Origin: an uncultured Eubacteriales bacterium
Lineage (GTDB): Bacteria; Bacillota; Clostridia; Oscillospirales; CAG-272
Reading direction: 5' to 3'
DNA length: 64,000 nt
Assembly: GCA_934432725.1 (NCBI GenBank)
Contig: CAKRZE010000009.1
Location: 2,425-66,424 of the forward strand
In this document: piece by piece, positions 1 to 9,381 of the stretch
Layout of the letters: every line of letters begins with the position of its first letter
Numbering within the stretch: the stretch's first letter is position 1
Program-made: the position numbers and the translations under genes
Notes under the pieces: model-generated
Told to the model about the DNA's origin: nothing
Seen by the model: the letters and a program-made list of their open reading frames with translations, nothing else
The model's database searches: none

Positions 1-306
1 ACGCGGAATCGCAAAAAAGGGACCGATCGTCAGATAAAGCGCACAGGTAAAGAACACACTGTAGCCGCGTCCGACCTTGCCGGACAGCTCAATCAAACCA
101 TCGCTCCGGCTGATCCCCATTGCGGTCACACCAAGCAGCGGAAGTCCGACCCCCGTAATCAAAAAACCGATCACCGCCGGTATCATGCGGCTTCCGGCAA
201 GCTGTCCCATATAAATCGGAAAAATCAGGTTGCCTGCGCCGAAAAACAGTCCGAACAGCATGCTTGCCACAAAAAACAGTTCACTTTTGGTTATTTTTTC
301 TTTCAA
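1..306 (-). CDS. brnQ: Branched-chain amino acid carrier (LIVCS/BrnQ family). Only the N-terminal 102 codons are present; the gene continues beyond the window start.
   Basis: The minus-strand frame is open from the window edge to TTG at 306, preceded by AGGAG. It translates as LKEKITKSELFFVASMLFGLFFGAGNLIFPIYMGQLAGSRMIPAVIGFLITGVGLPLLG; FGAGNLIFP is typical of BrnQ carriers. It is absent from the ORF track because it runs off the edge. Confidence 0.75.
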   Translation of the reverse strand, partial: MKEKITKSELFFVASMLFGLFFGAGNLIFPIYMGQLAGSRMIPAVIGFLITGVGLPLLGVTAMGISRSDGLIELSGKVGRGYSVFFTCALYLTIGPFFAIPR

Positions 307-419
307 AGTCTGGTACTCCTGTCTGGCTTCCGAAAAAAAGCAGTCCGCTTCTCCGATGTGCGACCGGCATCCGCTTTTTCTCCGAAAAAAATAATGTGTC
401 GGAAAAACCGACTTGATAC

Positions 420-448
420 AGTATATCATCCATACGGCTTCCTGTCAA
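420..448 (-). promoter_or_regulatory. Putative sigma-A promoter for brnQ
   Basis: The minus strand reads TTGACA (448-443), 17 nt, TATACT (425-420), about 115 nt upstream of the TTG start. Confidence 0.5.
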
Positions 449-605
449 GAAAAAACGCTTTTTATCCGGAAAAAACGGGCTTTTCGGTTTTCCCTCCCAC
501 ATTGAAGCCGCAGCCGCGCCTCTGCTTTTCGGAGCCGGGAAACGCTTACGGAAAAACCGGCATTGCAGATTCAGGCAAATTCTTTTTTAATCTTTGGAAA
601 AGGGC

Positions 606-634
606 TTGATTTTCGGAAAATAATGTGCTATACT
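606..634 (+). promoter_or_regulatory. Putative sigma-A promoter for tRNA-Arg
   Basis: TTGATT (606-611), 17 nt, TATACT (629-634), about 20 nt upstream of the tRNA 5' end. Confidence 0.6.
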
Positions 635-655
635 ATAAGAGTGGTCAAAACCAAT

Positions 656-732
656 GCGCCGGTAGCTCAGCTGGATAGAGTACCAGATTCCGATTCTGAG
701 GGTCACGGGTTCAAATCCTGTTCGGCGCGCCA
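656..732 (+). tRNA. tRNA-Arg (anticodon CCG), CCA encoded
   Basis: Cloverleaf: acceptor GCGCCGG/TCGGCGC, D-arm GCTCAGCTGGATAGAG, anticodon loop TTCCGAT, T-arm ACGGGTTCAAATCCTGT, then GCCA. Confidence 0.9.
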
Positions 733-735
733 GAA

Positions 736-766
736 AAAGCACTTGCTTTGCAAGTGCTTTTTTGTA
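736..766 (+). terminator. Intrinsic terminator after tRNA-Arg
   Basis: Hairpin GCACTTG / CAAGTGC (739-757) followed by TTTTTTG. Confidence 0.7.
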
Positions 767-1269
767 TTCTTTTCTGCTCCAAAAAGCAAACGTACCGACA
801 AAAAGCGCTCCTCTGCCGGAGCGCGGAAGGTCTTTTTCATCCCCCAAAATACGATCTTCCGGGGGAATATACCCACAGGTCCGTTCTAAAAAAAGAAACC
901 GTGGTTTTTCGGAAAAGCCCCTCGGGCAGGCAACCGGAAAATCACAGGATCATCCGCAAAAAGTATAAAACGCTTCCGAAACAGGGAACAAACAGCCGCC
1001 CCGAAGCGTCCTCCTATAAAAAGAAGCATCACAGAACAAAAAGTACCCCTGACATGTCTTTTTCATAAGCACGGCTTCGGACCGTCTTCAAATCTGTAAG
1101 AATTTGAAGCCCCTTCGGAAACATGGCACCGGTATGTCTTCCGCTTGCCGCCGGAAGCTGCAAAGCGTCTTGTCCGCAGCGGAGGCAAGCGTGTGCGTTC
1201 CCGTCACTCCCGACGCTCACAAGGCTTTTCCTCCCGCGATTCCGCAATCAAAAAACAGGAGGCATACAC

Positions 1270-1839
1270 ATGAAAAAATCAATGCGCCGCGTACTCCTTT
1301 TTGCAGCAATCCTCCTTTTTCTTGTTCTGCTTCTTTTGATTCCGCTTTTTGAAGTTCCGACAAGAATCACAGCCGAAAAGCTCTCAAAAAATACCGGTCT
1401 CCCGTTCCGCCTGCTTGAAAGAACGCCTGATTTTTCGGGAGAATACGGTCTGATCGGCGGCTTCGGAATAACCGGCTATTATGACCGGAAATACGAAGGA
1501 GAAGCCGGTCGGAACGATGACAACGACTTTGACGCGCAGAAAAGCGGCGGGGTGATTTATTATGTCTCCAAATGGCAGGATACCCTGACAGGGCAAAACA
1601 GAATTACAAACATCGTCGTAGGCGATCCGGACATCACGCTCCTCGGATGCAGAGTCGGAGACAGCACCGAGGCATTTGCCAAGGCTCTGACAGAGGCAGG
1701 CTTCCGCAAAACGGACGGCTTATACTGCTACCGAAAAAACGGCGTGTATGTTTCGCTCTCACCGGATGAGGAAACCGGCAGCGTTGCGGTTTTCACGCTG
1801 TTCGTCAAACCGTCCAATCTGTTCGGAATCCAATATTGA
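1270..1839 (+). CDS. Hypothetical membrane-anchored protein (189 aa)
   Basis: ATG at 1270 follows RBS AGGAGG. The N-terminus MKKSMRRVLLFAAILLFLVLLLLIPLF is a signal/anchor helix. I recognise no family. The track ORF (from 1123) has an unsupported upstream extension. Confidence 0.6.
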   Translation: MKKSMRRVLLFAAILLFLVLLLLIPLFEVPTRITAEKLSKNTGLPFRLLERTPDFSGEYGLIGGFGITGYYDRKYEGEAGRNDDNDFDAQKSGGVIYYVSKWQDTLTGQNRITNIVVGDPDITLLGCRVGDSTEAFAKALTEAGFRKTDGLYCYRKNGVYVSLSPDEETGSVAVFTLFVKPSNLFGIQY

Positions 1840-2062
1840 AGAAAGCCGGCTGAACTGCAGCAAGCTGCCGTGCATGGCGCTTTGCGCTCCGGCTGTTTGA
1901 CCCGAAAAATGCCCGTTCGGAGCCTTCGCATTCCGGCACCCCGATGTATAGAAGCAAAAGACCGTCACGCCGGCAGAAAGCCGCTTTGCGGCTTTCCCCA
2001 GACAACGCAAACAATAAAAATTTCTGTTTACACAGACGCACAGCGTCAGAATGGAGGACACG

Positions 2063-3310
2063 ATGCTTACAAAACGAATCCTTGCCGCGCTTTTGTGTTT
2101 GTCGCTGCTGACAGCCGGAGCACTCGGCATGACCGGCTGCTCCGTCAGGGTCCAGGCAACGGACCTGATGGAGGGAATCACACCCGGCAGCGCTGCGGAA
2201 AAGCCTGTGGACGATGCGTTTAAAAAGAATGCCGCAGATTTTGCCGTCAGGCTCTTCCAAAAAACACGGGACAGCGAGAAAAACAGCCTCATCTCCCCGC
2301 TTTCCGTCATGCTTGCGCTTGCCATGACCGCCAACGGCGCCAAGGGCGAAACCAGGGCACAGATGGAACAGCTGCTCGGCGGAGAGCTTGAGGCGCTCAA
2401 TGCGTATCTGTATTCCTATATGCACAGCCTGCCCTCTGAGCAGAACGCAAAGCTGAGCCTTGCCAACTCCATCTGGTTCAGAGATCAGGGCTTTACGGCG
2501 GAGAAAGCCTTTTTGCAGACAAACGCCGATTATTACGGCGCCGCAGCGTACAAATCTCCCTTTGATACCCAGACCGTCAAGGACATCAACCACTGGGTCA
2601 AGGAAAACACCGACGGCATGATCGATAAGGTCCTTGACACTATCGATCCGGAAACCATGATGTTTTTGATCAACACCGTTCTGTTTGATGCGGAATGGAA
2701 GGAAATATACAACAAGGACAGCATATATGACGGCATATTTACCGCACTTGACGGCACGCGTCAGACGGTTTCCATGATGCATTCGACCGAAGGACTGTAT
2801 CTGGATGACGGAAAGGCAACCGGTTTTATCAAGGAATATGCAAGCGGCTACAGCTTTGCCGCGCTTTTGCCGAAGGAGGACGTGACGCTTGCGGAATATG
2901 TCTCCTCCCTGACGGGCGAAGGACTTTTGTCCACGCTGGAGCAAGCCAAACGGACCCATGTCGTCGCCGCAATGCCGAAATTCAACTATCAGTATGAGAT
3001 CCGCATGAATGATGCGCTGAAGTCCCTCGGGATGACGCTCCCGTTTGACGGCGAGGCTGCCGATTTTACCGCGATGGGGCATGCGGACTATGGGAATCTC
3101 TTCATCGGCAGCGTGATTCATAAAACGAATATCACCGTGGATGCAAGAGGCACCAAGGCGGGCGCTGTAACGGCCATTTCCATGAAGACCGAAATGGCAG
3201 AGCCGGAGACAGTTTCCGTCACACTGAACCGTCCGTTTGTGTATGTCATTCTGGATAACGCCACAAATCTTCCGATCTTCATCGGCACGGTCACAAATCC
3301 GGTCGGATGA
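2063..3310 (+). CDS. Serpin-family protease inhibitor, predicted lipoprotein (415 aa)
   Basis: Signal peptide with lipobox (ALGMTGC). Serpin hallmarks: SPLSVMLALAMTANGAKGET, INHWVKENTDGMI, FLINTVLFDAEWK, hinge GTKAGAVTA, and C-terminal NRPFVYVILD...PIFIGTV. GGAGGA lies 5 nt before ATG 2063. Confidence 0.9.
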   Translation: MLTKRILAALLCLSLLTAGALGMTGCSVRVQATDLMEGITPGSAAEKPVDDAFKKNAADFAVRLFQKTRDSEKNSLISPLSVMLALAMTANGAKGETRAQMEQLLGGELEALNAYLYSYMHSLPSEQNAKLSLANSIWFRDQGFTAEKAFLQTNADYYGAAAYKSPFDTQTVKDINHWVKENTDGMIDKVLDTIDPETMMFLINTVLFDAEWKEIYNKDSIYDGIFTALDGTRQTVSMMHSTEGLYLDDGKATGFIKEYASGYSFAALLPKEDVTLAEYVSSLTGEGLLSTLEQAKRTHVVAAMPKFNYQYEIRMNDALKSLGMTLPFDGEAADFTAMGHADYGNLFIGSVIHKTNITVDARGTKAGAVTAISMKTEMAEPETVSVTLNRPFVYVILDNATNLPIFIGTVTNPVG

Positions 3311-3846
3311 CGCCCAGACAGTCTGTCGAGCTGGACATACGGACCGTCATGACGGATGCCGGCTGCAAATTCAAGGCCGGCTCTCTTAGCGGCTTGCTTT
3401 TAGCAGTCTCCGAAAATGCCGGTCAAACCGCAGATACGGCACAGGAAGCCGGTTTTCGGTCGGGACGGCAGAATTCAGACGGCTTTTCCGGAAATTGTGA
3501 ATCCGAAAAGGAGCCTGCGCAGAGCGGCATGCCGGACCGCACAAAAAGGAGCATCGGAGCCTGCATGAGGCTGCGGCGTCTGCTTCGGATGTCTGATCTA
3601 TGAAGAAATATGCGGGTGAATGCCGGTCAGACCCGCATTCCGAAATGAAAAGACGGTGTCGGGAAAACTCTTGGCGGAGTTTCTTGGCATCGTCTTTTGC
3701 GTTTGGCTTGGCGGCATGCACCGTCCGAGGATCGGAACACAAAAACAGGAAAACGGGACCGGACCGCTTCAGACATGCAGAAGGTCTGACCGAAATACTG
3801 CAATCATCGGCAGCCCGGCTTTTTTCTCTCTAACAGAAGGGGACCG

Positions 3847-4734
3847 TCACGCCTTTCCCCCGTCTGCCAAAGCCGCAGCCCGCCCGGTATGCTGTTTCCG
3901 ATACGCAAGCGGGGAAAGCCCCATAACCTCCCGAAAGGCTTTGGCAAATTTGGAGCCGTTGTCGAACCCGACGCTTCCGGCAATTTCCAAAACGCTCTGA
4001 TCGGTCCGGACCAGCAAGTCTGCCGCGAGCTTCATTTTATACGTCCTCATATAAGCATGCGGCGATGTACCGTACACGGAGCGGAAGCAGTTCTTGATTC
4101 CGGTGCCCGACACATGAAACACCGCAGACAGCTGCTCCAGAGTCACACGCCCCTCTGCATGCCCGACAAGATATCCGCTGATTCCGCGGGCAAGCTCCAG
4201 CTGTGCCTCCGACACCGTATGCGCCGCATTTTCATTTCTTGACACATCCAGCGTGCTCAGAAAAAGCATCAGCTCCATCACCTTGATCTTGTAATATCCG
4301 TCCCGCACCGCCTGCGGCACCGAATAAAGCTCCGAAAAAATATGTGCGATCCGCTGATCCGAGCGCGAAATATAAAACCTTCCCCCATCGCAGAAACGAT
4401 GCATCAGAGCAGCCGGACTGACATTGACGTCCTTAAGAAAGCAGGAAAGACACTCCGGCGTCCGCGCCGTATCGATCACAACCGTAATCCCCGTATACTC
4501 CCCCTGCGGAAAAAACTCACCCGGCTCCCGATCCCTGCCGCAGACAATCGCCAGATCTCCGGGCGAGAGCGTAAAGTAGGCGCTCCGCATACGGCACTCG
4601 GCTCTTCCCTCTTTGCAATGGCTGATTTCAAAAACAGTATCCTTCTTTTCTTCTCCCGGAGCCTCCTCCCGAAGCGCAGCGCTCCGGTACAGCAAACTAA
4701 TCCCCGGAAAGACCTCATATTTCTTCGTTTGCAT
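3847..4734 (-). CDS. AraC-family transcriptional regulator (295 aa)
   Basis: C-terminal double HTH: LEQLSAVFHVSGTGIKNCFRSVYGTSPHAYMRTYKMKLAADLL...GFDNGSKFAKAFREVMGLSPLAYRK. Confidence 0.9.
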   Translation of the reverse strand: MQTKKYEVFPGISLLYRSAALREEAPGEEKKDTVFEISHCKEGRAECRMRSAYFTLSPGDLAIVCGRDREPGEFFPQGEYTGITVVIDTARTPECLSCFLKDVNVSPAALMHRFCDGGRFYISRSDQRIAHIFSELYSVPQAVRDGYYKIKVMELMLFLSTLDVSRNENAAHTVSEAQLELARGISGYLVGHAEGRVTLEQLSAVFHVSGTGIKNCFRSVYGTSPHAYMRTYKMKLAADLLVRTDQSVLEIAGSVGFDNGSKFAKAFREVMGLSPLAYRKQHTGRAAALADGGKA

Positions 4735-4806
4735 GTTCCCGTATCCTTTTCATCCGCTGCACAGTCCAGCCCGCCGACCGCCGGAGCAGGTCCGCAGGCG
4801 GCACCG

Positions 4807-5487
4807 TCAAAGCAGAGCCTCTTCCTTCGTCCCGGATTTTCCGCATTCCGCATAGGCAAGCGGTCCGGCACCGCTCCAGATAACGCTTTTTCGCAGAAGC
4901 AGCCCGTTTTCCTGTAAAAACCGGAAATATGCTGCCGCCGCCTCGGATGCGCCGCCCCGCCCGCCGTCCGCAACGGCAGGCAAAAGCAGGCTTCCGTTCC
5001 CGGTCAAAACCCGCTTTGCCTCGGCAAGCACCTTTTCCGGCTCCCCGGTGCTGTGCTGTACATCAAACAGAATTACCGCATCAAACGTTTCATCTGCATA
5101 CGGCAGATGCGTCATGTCATGCACGGAATAATGGAGCTTTGCGGAGGTATTCTCCCGCTCCGGCGCCTCCAACCGGCTTTCGGAGGAATCCACGGCTTCT
5201 ATCATTTTCGCACTGTGCACAACATGGGGCGCAAGCATTCCGCTTCCTGCCGCCAGCTCCAGCACACATTTTCCCCTGACCGCGCTGCGGAGCATCCGGA
5301 GCATCTCCGCATAAGCCCCAGCGTTTTTCGGTGAGCTCCGATAGCGGTCAGAGCCGTATCCGTATGCAGGGCAGCCGGTTTGAGGCGCCGTCCGAAGTAC
5401 ACTCCGGCAAACAAGCGAAACAAGATACCGCAAGCCCGCAAACAGCCCAGCTGTAACCAGAATCACCGCAAAAAGCTTTCCATCCAT
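4807..5487 (-). CDS. Class I SAM-dependent methyltransferase with an N-terminal TM helix
   Basis: Motif I VLELAAGSGMLAP, plus FDAVILFDV...PEKVLAEAKRVLTGNGSLLL. Start chosen at ATG 5487 (GGAG 9 nt upstream); the track ORF extends to 5562. Confidence 0.8.
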   Translation of the reverse strand: MDGKLFAVILVTAGLFAGLRYLVSLVCRSVLRTAPQTGCPAYGYGSDRYRSSPKNAGAYAEMLRMLRSAVRGKCVLELAAGSGMLAPHVVHSAKMIEAVDSSESRLEAPERENTSAKLHYSVHDMTHLPYADETFDAVILFDVQHSTGEPEKVLAEAKRVLTGNGSLLLPAVADGGRGGASEAAAAYFRFLQENGLLLRKSVIWSGAGPLAYAECGKSGTKEEALL

Positions 5488-5589
5488 CCGTATCATCTCC
5501 TTTTCACAGGTCCGCACCGTCCGATGCCCGCCCGTCCCGCCGCAGAGCGGCGTGCCGATCATCCGTTCTCCCCCCGCGCTGCATGCGAT

Positions 5590-5856
5590 TTATTTACGTC
5601 TCAACCACCCAAACAAGCCGGAGCCGCCTTCCGAAGCCGTCTCGCAGTGCATCTCCTTCAGCACATACCCCGTTCCGTCAATCACGGCACGCAGCCTTTC
5701 TTCCTCCGGCGCCTGCTCCGCCAGAATCACGGTCTCCCCCTTTTTATAGGAGGATGTAACCTTCTTTACCCGAAAATTCTGCCGCACGGCATCGTTGATA
5801 TGCGCCTCGCACATCCCGCAAGCCATACCGTCAATTTTTAATGTGATCCGAAGCAT
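5590..5856 (-). CDS. Heavy-metal-associated (HMA) domain protein, CopZ-like (88 aa)
   Basis: MLRITLKIDGMACGMCEAH carries the MxCxxC motif of the HMA fold. RBS GGGGAG precedes ATG 5856. The track ORF's longer N-terminus is unsupported. Confidence 0.8.
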   Translation of the reverse strand: MLRITLKIDGMACGMCEAHINDAVRQNFRVKKVTSSYKKGETVILAEQAPEEERLRAVIDGTGYVLKEMHCETASEGGSGLFGWLRRK

Positions 5857-6159
5857 GTAACTTCTCCCCTTCCGTCCTGAATTCCGCACCCAAAACAATG
5901 CGTGTTGTTTATTTGTTTCTTTCTGCCGCTCAGAGACGCTTTCTGTCCCGCATATGCTTCCTGCCGAACCGGTTGCCCCGCTTTTCAGCTGTTCTGCCGG
6001 AGGATTGCGCGCCTTCTGCCCTCTGCCAAAAGCATCCTCCTCCGGATTCCTGCAAATGGAGCTTCCGCGCAGCCTTTTTGTTTCATATGAATATGCCATG
6101 CAGCCTGCCGAGGCGTTTCGCGCCCGCCCCGGGAACACACGGCGCATCCGGCAGCGAAG

Positions 6160-6561
6160 CTATCCTCTTTCCAAGGGCTTTTCCGCCGCCCTTTTCTCCC
6201 GGCACAGGTATTCCAGCTTTTCGTCCGGAATTTCAGCCAGCAGCATACAGACTGCGCGCCGGATATCCGTCTCCTCGGGAAAGCAGTCCGCAAGAAGCGC
6301 CGACACAGAGTCATAATACCGGCTGTATCTCTGCGCTGCCGCCTCGCCTTCCCCGGTAAAGCAGCAGACTCCGTAGGATTCCCGCATCACAAGCCCCATT
6401 GCGGAAAAGGTGTCCATCATATTGTGAACGCTCGGCTTTGAAAGCCGCAGCGCCGCAGCGATATCCGTCAGCCGGATTCCTTCGCCGCCCTCCTCCTGAA
6501 GCTTTTTCATCGTCAGAAGATACCGGATCTGCGAGGCACTCAGCGTTTTCCGATCTACCAT
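6160..6561 (-). CDS. DtxR/MntR-family metal-dependent transcriptional regulator (133 aa)
   Basis: The N-terminal winged-HTH pattern SASQIRYLLTM...IRLTDIAAALRLSKPSVHNMMDTFSAMGLVMRESYG matches DtxR-type repressors. It is the last gene of the feo operon. Confidence 0.7.
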   Translation of the reverse strand: MVDRKTLSASQIRYLLTMKKLQEEGGEGIRLTDIAAALRLSKPSVHNMMDTFSAMGLVMRESYGVCCFTGEGEAAAQRYSRYYDSVSALLADCFPEETDIRRAVCMLLAEIPDEKLEYLCREKRAAEKPLERG

Positions 6562-6612
6562 TTCTCACCTCTGCGGAAATACAAAGGGGAGGCAAGCCGC
6601 CTCCCCTGACTG

Positions 6613-6783
6613 TTATTTCTTGTGGCAGGAGCCCGCCATTGCGCAATGCGCACAGTTACAGCCGCAAGAGGACTTTCCCTTCCGCCGATCCCTGATCAGC
6701 TTCACAATAATTGCAGTCACAACAAGGGCAAGCACCAGGCAGATCAGAATGGTAACAATATTTTCAGCGATCCATGCAAACAT
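6613..6783 (-). CDS. FeoB-associated Cys-rich small membrane protein (56 aa)
   Basis: Hand translation: MFAWIAENIVTILICLVLALVVTAIIVKLIRDRRKGKSSCGCNCAHCAMAGSCHKK. One TM helix, a basic stretch and a Cys-rich tail; AGGAG RBS; sits directly downstream of feoB. Below the 60-aa cutoff of the ORF track. Confidence 0.75.
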   Translation of the reverse strand: MFAWIAENIVTILICLVLALVVTAIIVKLIRDRRKGKSSCGCNCAHCAMAGSCHKK

Positions 6784-6816
6784 ACAAGACAGACTCCTTT
6801 CACAAAACGAATTTTT

Positions 6817-9342
6817 TTACAGCTTTGTGGTCAGCTTCGTTGCTTCCTTATAAGGACGAACCAGCATGTAGATCATGAAGCCAAGCACTGCCACTGCGCA
6901 GATCAGACCGATCACATTCACATTTCCGGTGAAGATACCGCCGAACTGATTGATCATGAGAGCAATTGCATACGCAAAGCCGCACTGATATCCGATTGCG
7001 AACCAGGTCCACTTTGCGTTGTTCATCTCACGCTTGATTGCACCGATTGCCGCAAAGCAGGGAGCGCACAGCAGGTTGAATACCAGGAAGGAATAACCGA
7101 TCACGCCGTTGGAGAAAGCTTCCGCAATGTTCTGATACACGGTTCCCTCTCCGCCGCCGTAAAGGATGCCGAGCGTACCGACGATGTTTTCCTTTGCGAC
7201 AAGACCGGTGATGGAAGCCACAGCAGCCTTCCAGTTGCCCCAGCCAAGCGGCTTGAAGATCCAGGCAAGAACGCCGCCGATCGCAGCAAGTATGGATCTG
7301 TCAATCTCATCCTCGCTGAGCAGACGGAAGGTTCCGTCCTCTGCCACACCGAAGTAGGTCGTGAACCACACCAGAATCGTGGAAAGAAGAATGATCGTAC
7401 CAGCCTTTTTGATAAAGGACCAGCCGCGTTCCCACATGGAGCGAAGCACATTGCCCACAGTCGGCCAGTGGTAAGCCGGAAGCTCCATGACGAAGGGAGC
7501 AGGTTCGCCGGCAAACATCTTCGTCTTCTTCAGCATAATACCGGACACGATGATAGCAGCCATACCGATAAAGTACGCCGAGGTTGCAACCCATGCAGAG
7601 CCGCCGAAAAGCGCGCCCGCGATCATCGCGATGAAGGGAACCTTTGCACCGCAGGGGATAAAGGTCGTTGTCATGATTGTCATACGGCGGTCACGTTCAT
7701 TTTCAATGGTACGCGATGCCATAATACCGGGAACGCCGCAGCCGACACCGATCAGCATCGGAATAAAGGATTTGCCGGAGAGTCCGAATTTACGGAACAC
7801 ACGGTCAAGGACGAATGCGATACGAGCCATGTAACCGCAAGCCTCCAGGAAGGCAAGCATCAGGAAGAGCACCAGCATCTGCGGAACAAAGCCGAGCACC
7901 GCGCCGACACCGGCTACGATACCGTCAAGAATCAGACCGCTGAGCCATTCCGGGCAAACGGGATTGTCAGAGTCAACCTTCAGAGCATTGCCGATCAGTG
8001 CAGGAATGCCGGGGACCCAAACACCGTAATCCGCAGGATCCGGCTCGGAAAATTCGCTGTTCTTTGCCTCAAAATACTCCACTGCTTCCAGATATGTAAC
8101 CGGAATGTAGTCCGTATCCTTCTTGTCGTTTTTGACGGATTCGGGAATCTCGGAGTAATACACGCGCATCTCGGTCTGCTCCAGCGTTTCCTCATCCTCC
8201 ACGGTAACCGTTCCGACCGCATCCTCGGAATCAGGCTTGAACGCCTTAAGCTGCTCAAGCACCTGTGCGGGATCAAATCCTTCCGCTTCCGGATCGACCT
8301 CCACAAAACCGTTGACCGCATTCATGGCATCGCCGTATTCACCGGCGGCATCCTCATAGTCCTTCGATCCGATCCAAAGGAGGTGCCAGCCGTCTCCGAA
8401 CACGCCGTCGTTTGCCCAGTCTGTTGCGGGCGCACCCACGGCAACCATTGCAATGTAGTATACAAGGAACATCACGACCGCAAAAATCGGAAGACCGAGC
8501 CAGCGGTTCGTCACAACCTTATCAATCTTATCGGAGGTGGAAAGCTTTCCTGCGTTCTTCTTTTTATAGCACGCCTTGATGATAGAGGCAATGTAAACAT
8601 ACCGCTCGTTCGTAATGATGGACTCGGAATCGTCATCCAGCTCCTTCTCGGCAGCCGCGATATCCTGCTCAATGTGCTGTTTCGTTGCCTCATCGATCTT
8701 CAGACCCGCAAGCACCTTATCATCGCGTTCAAAGATCTTGATGGCATACCATCTCTGCTGCTCCTCCGGCAGCTCATGTACGGCAGCCTTTTCTATGTGA
8801 GCAATGGCATGCTCCACGCAGCCCGAAAAGCTGTGCTGCGGAATGGTCTTGCCATGCTTTGCCGCATCAATGGCAGCCTCGGCAGCCTCCATAATGCCGG
8901 TCTCCTTCAGTGCGGAGATTTCAACGATCTTGCAGCCGAGCTGTCTGGAAAGCTCCTCCGTGTTGATCTTATCCCCGTTCTTGCGGACCACATCCATCAT
9001 ATTAATGGCAATGACCACCGGAATCCCAAGCTCTACGAGCTGCGTGGTCAGATAGAGGTTTCTTTCCAGGTTTGTCCCGTCGATGATATTGAGAATTGCA
9101 TCCGGACGCTCTCCGATCAGGTAATTTCTCGCAACAACCTCTTCCAGCGTGTAGGGCGACAGGGAGTAAATACCGGGAAGGTCGGTAATCACAACCCCCT
9201 CATGCTTCTTCAGCTTACCCTCTTTCTTTTCAACCGTAACACCCGGCCAGTTTCCTACGAACTGGTTGGAGCCGGTCAGCGCATTGAACAGTGTTGTCTT
9301 ACCGCTGTTCGGGTTTCCGGCAAGCGCAATCCGTATATCCAT
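6817..9342 (-). CDS. feoB: Ferrous iron transport protein B (about 841 aa)
   Basis: G-domain motifs GNPNSGKTTLFNALTG, DLPGIYSL and NMMD. Polytopic permease with GYMARIAFVLDRVFRKFGLSGKSFIPMLIGVGCGVP. Start chosen at ATG 9342 (GAGAGGA 8 nt upstream); the track ORF starts at 9408. Confidence 0.95.
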   Translation of the reverse strand: MDIRIALAGNPNSGKTTLFNALTGSNQFVGNWPGVTVEKKEGKLKKHEGVVITDLPGIYSLSPYTLEEVVARNYLIGERPDAILNIIDGTNLERNLYLTTQLVELGIPVVIAINMMDVVRKNGDKINTEELSRQLGCKIVEISALKETGIMEAAEAAIDAAKHGKTIPQHSFSGCVEHAIAHIEKAAVHELPEEQQRWYAIKIFERDDKVLAGLKIDEATKQHIEQDIAAAEKELDDDSESIITNERYVYIASIIKACYKKKNAGKLSTSDKIDKVVTNRWLGLPIFAVVMFLVYYIAMVAVGAPATDWANDGVFGDGWHLLWIGSKDYEDAAGEYGDAMNAVNGFVEVDPEAEGFDPAQVLEQLKAFKPDSEDAVGTVTVEDEETLEQTEMRVYYSEIPESVKNDKKDTDYIPVTYLEAVEYFEAKNSEFSEPDPADYGVWVPGIPALIGNALKVDSDNPVCPEWLSGLILDGIVAGVGAVLGFVPQMLVLFLMLAFLEACGYMARIAFVLDRVFRKFGLSGKSFIPMLIGVGCGVPGIMASRTIENERDRRMTIMTTTFIPCGAKVPFIAMIAGALFGGSAWVATSAYFIGMAAIIVSGIMLKKTKMFAGEPAPFVMELPAYHWPTVGNVLRSMWERGWSFIKKAGTIILLSTILVWFTTYFGVAEDGTFRLLSEDEIDRSILAAIGGVLAWIFKPLGWGNWKAAVASITGLVAKENIVGTLGILYGGGEGTVYQNIAEAFSNGVIGYSFLVFNLLCAPCFAAIGAIKREMNNAKWTWFAIGYQCGFAYAIALMINQFGGIFTGNVNVIGLICAVAVLGFMIYMLVRPYKEATKLTTKL

Positions 9343-9367
9343 ATCCGTAATCCTCTCTTTCATTTGA

Positions 9368-9381
9368 TTAGCATACGCTAA
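9368..9381. promoter_or_regulatory. Palindrome TTAGCATACGCTAA, a putative operator 26 nt upstream of the feoB start
   Basis: Perfect TTAGC-N4-GCTAA inverted repeat, one of four such sites, all in the feo regulatory DNA. Confidence 0.45.

Noticed and set aside
307-419. T-box leader upstream of brnQ
   Set aside because: The leader is only about 115 nt. It has small hairpins with U-runs but no specifier-loop architecture and no T-box sequence (AGGGUGGNACCGCG-like).
6622-9381. 919-aa ORF on the + strand covering all of feoB
   Set aside because: It is the mirror frame of a well-supported gene in GC-rich DNA. The translation is low-complexity (R/H/G/C-rich), has no RBS and contains no recognisable domain.
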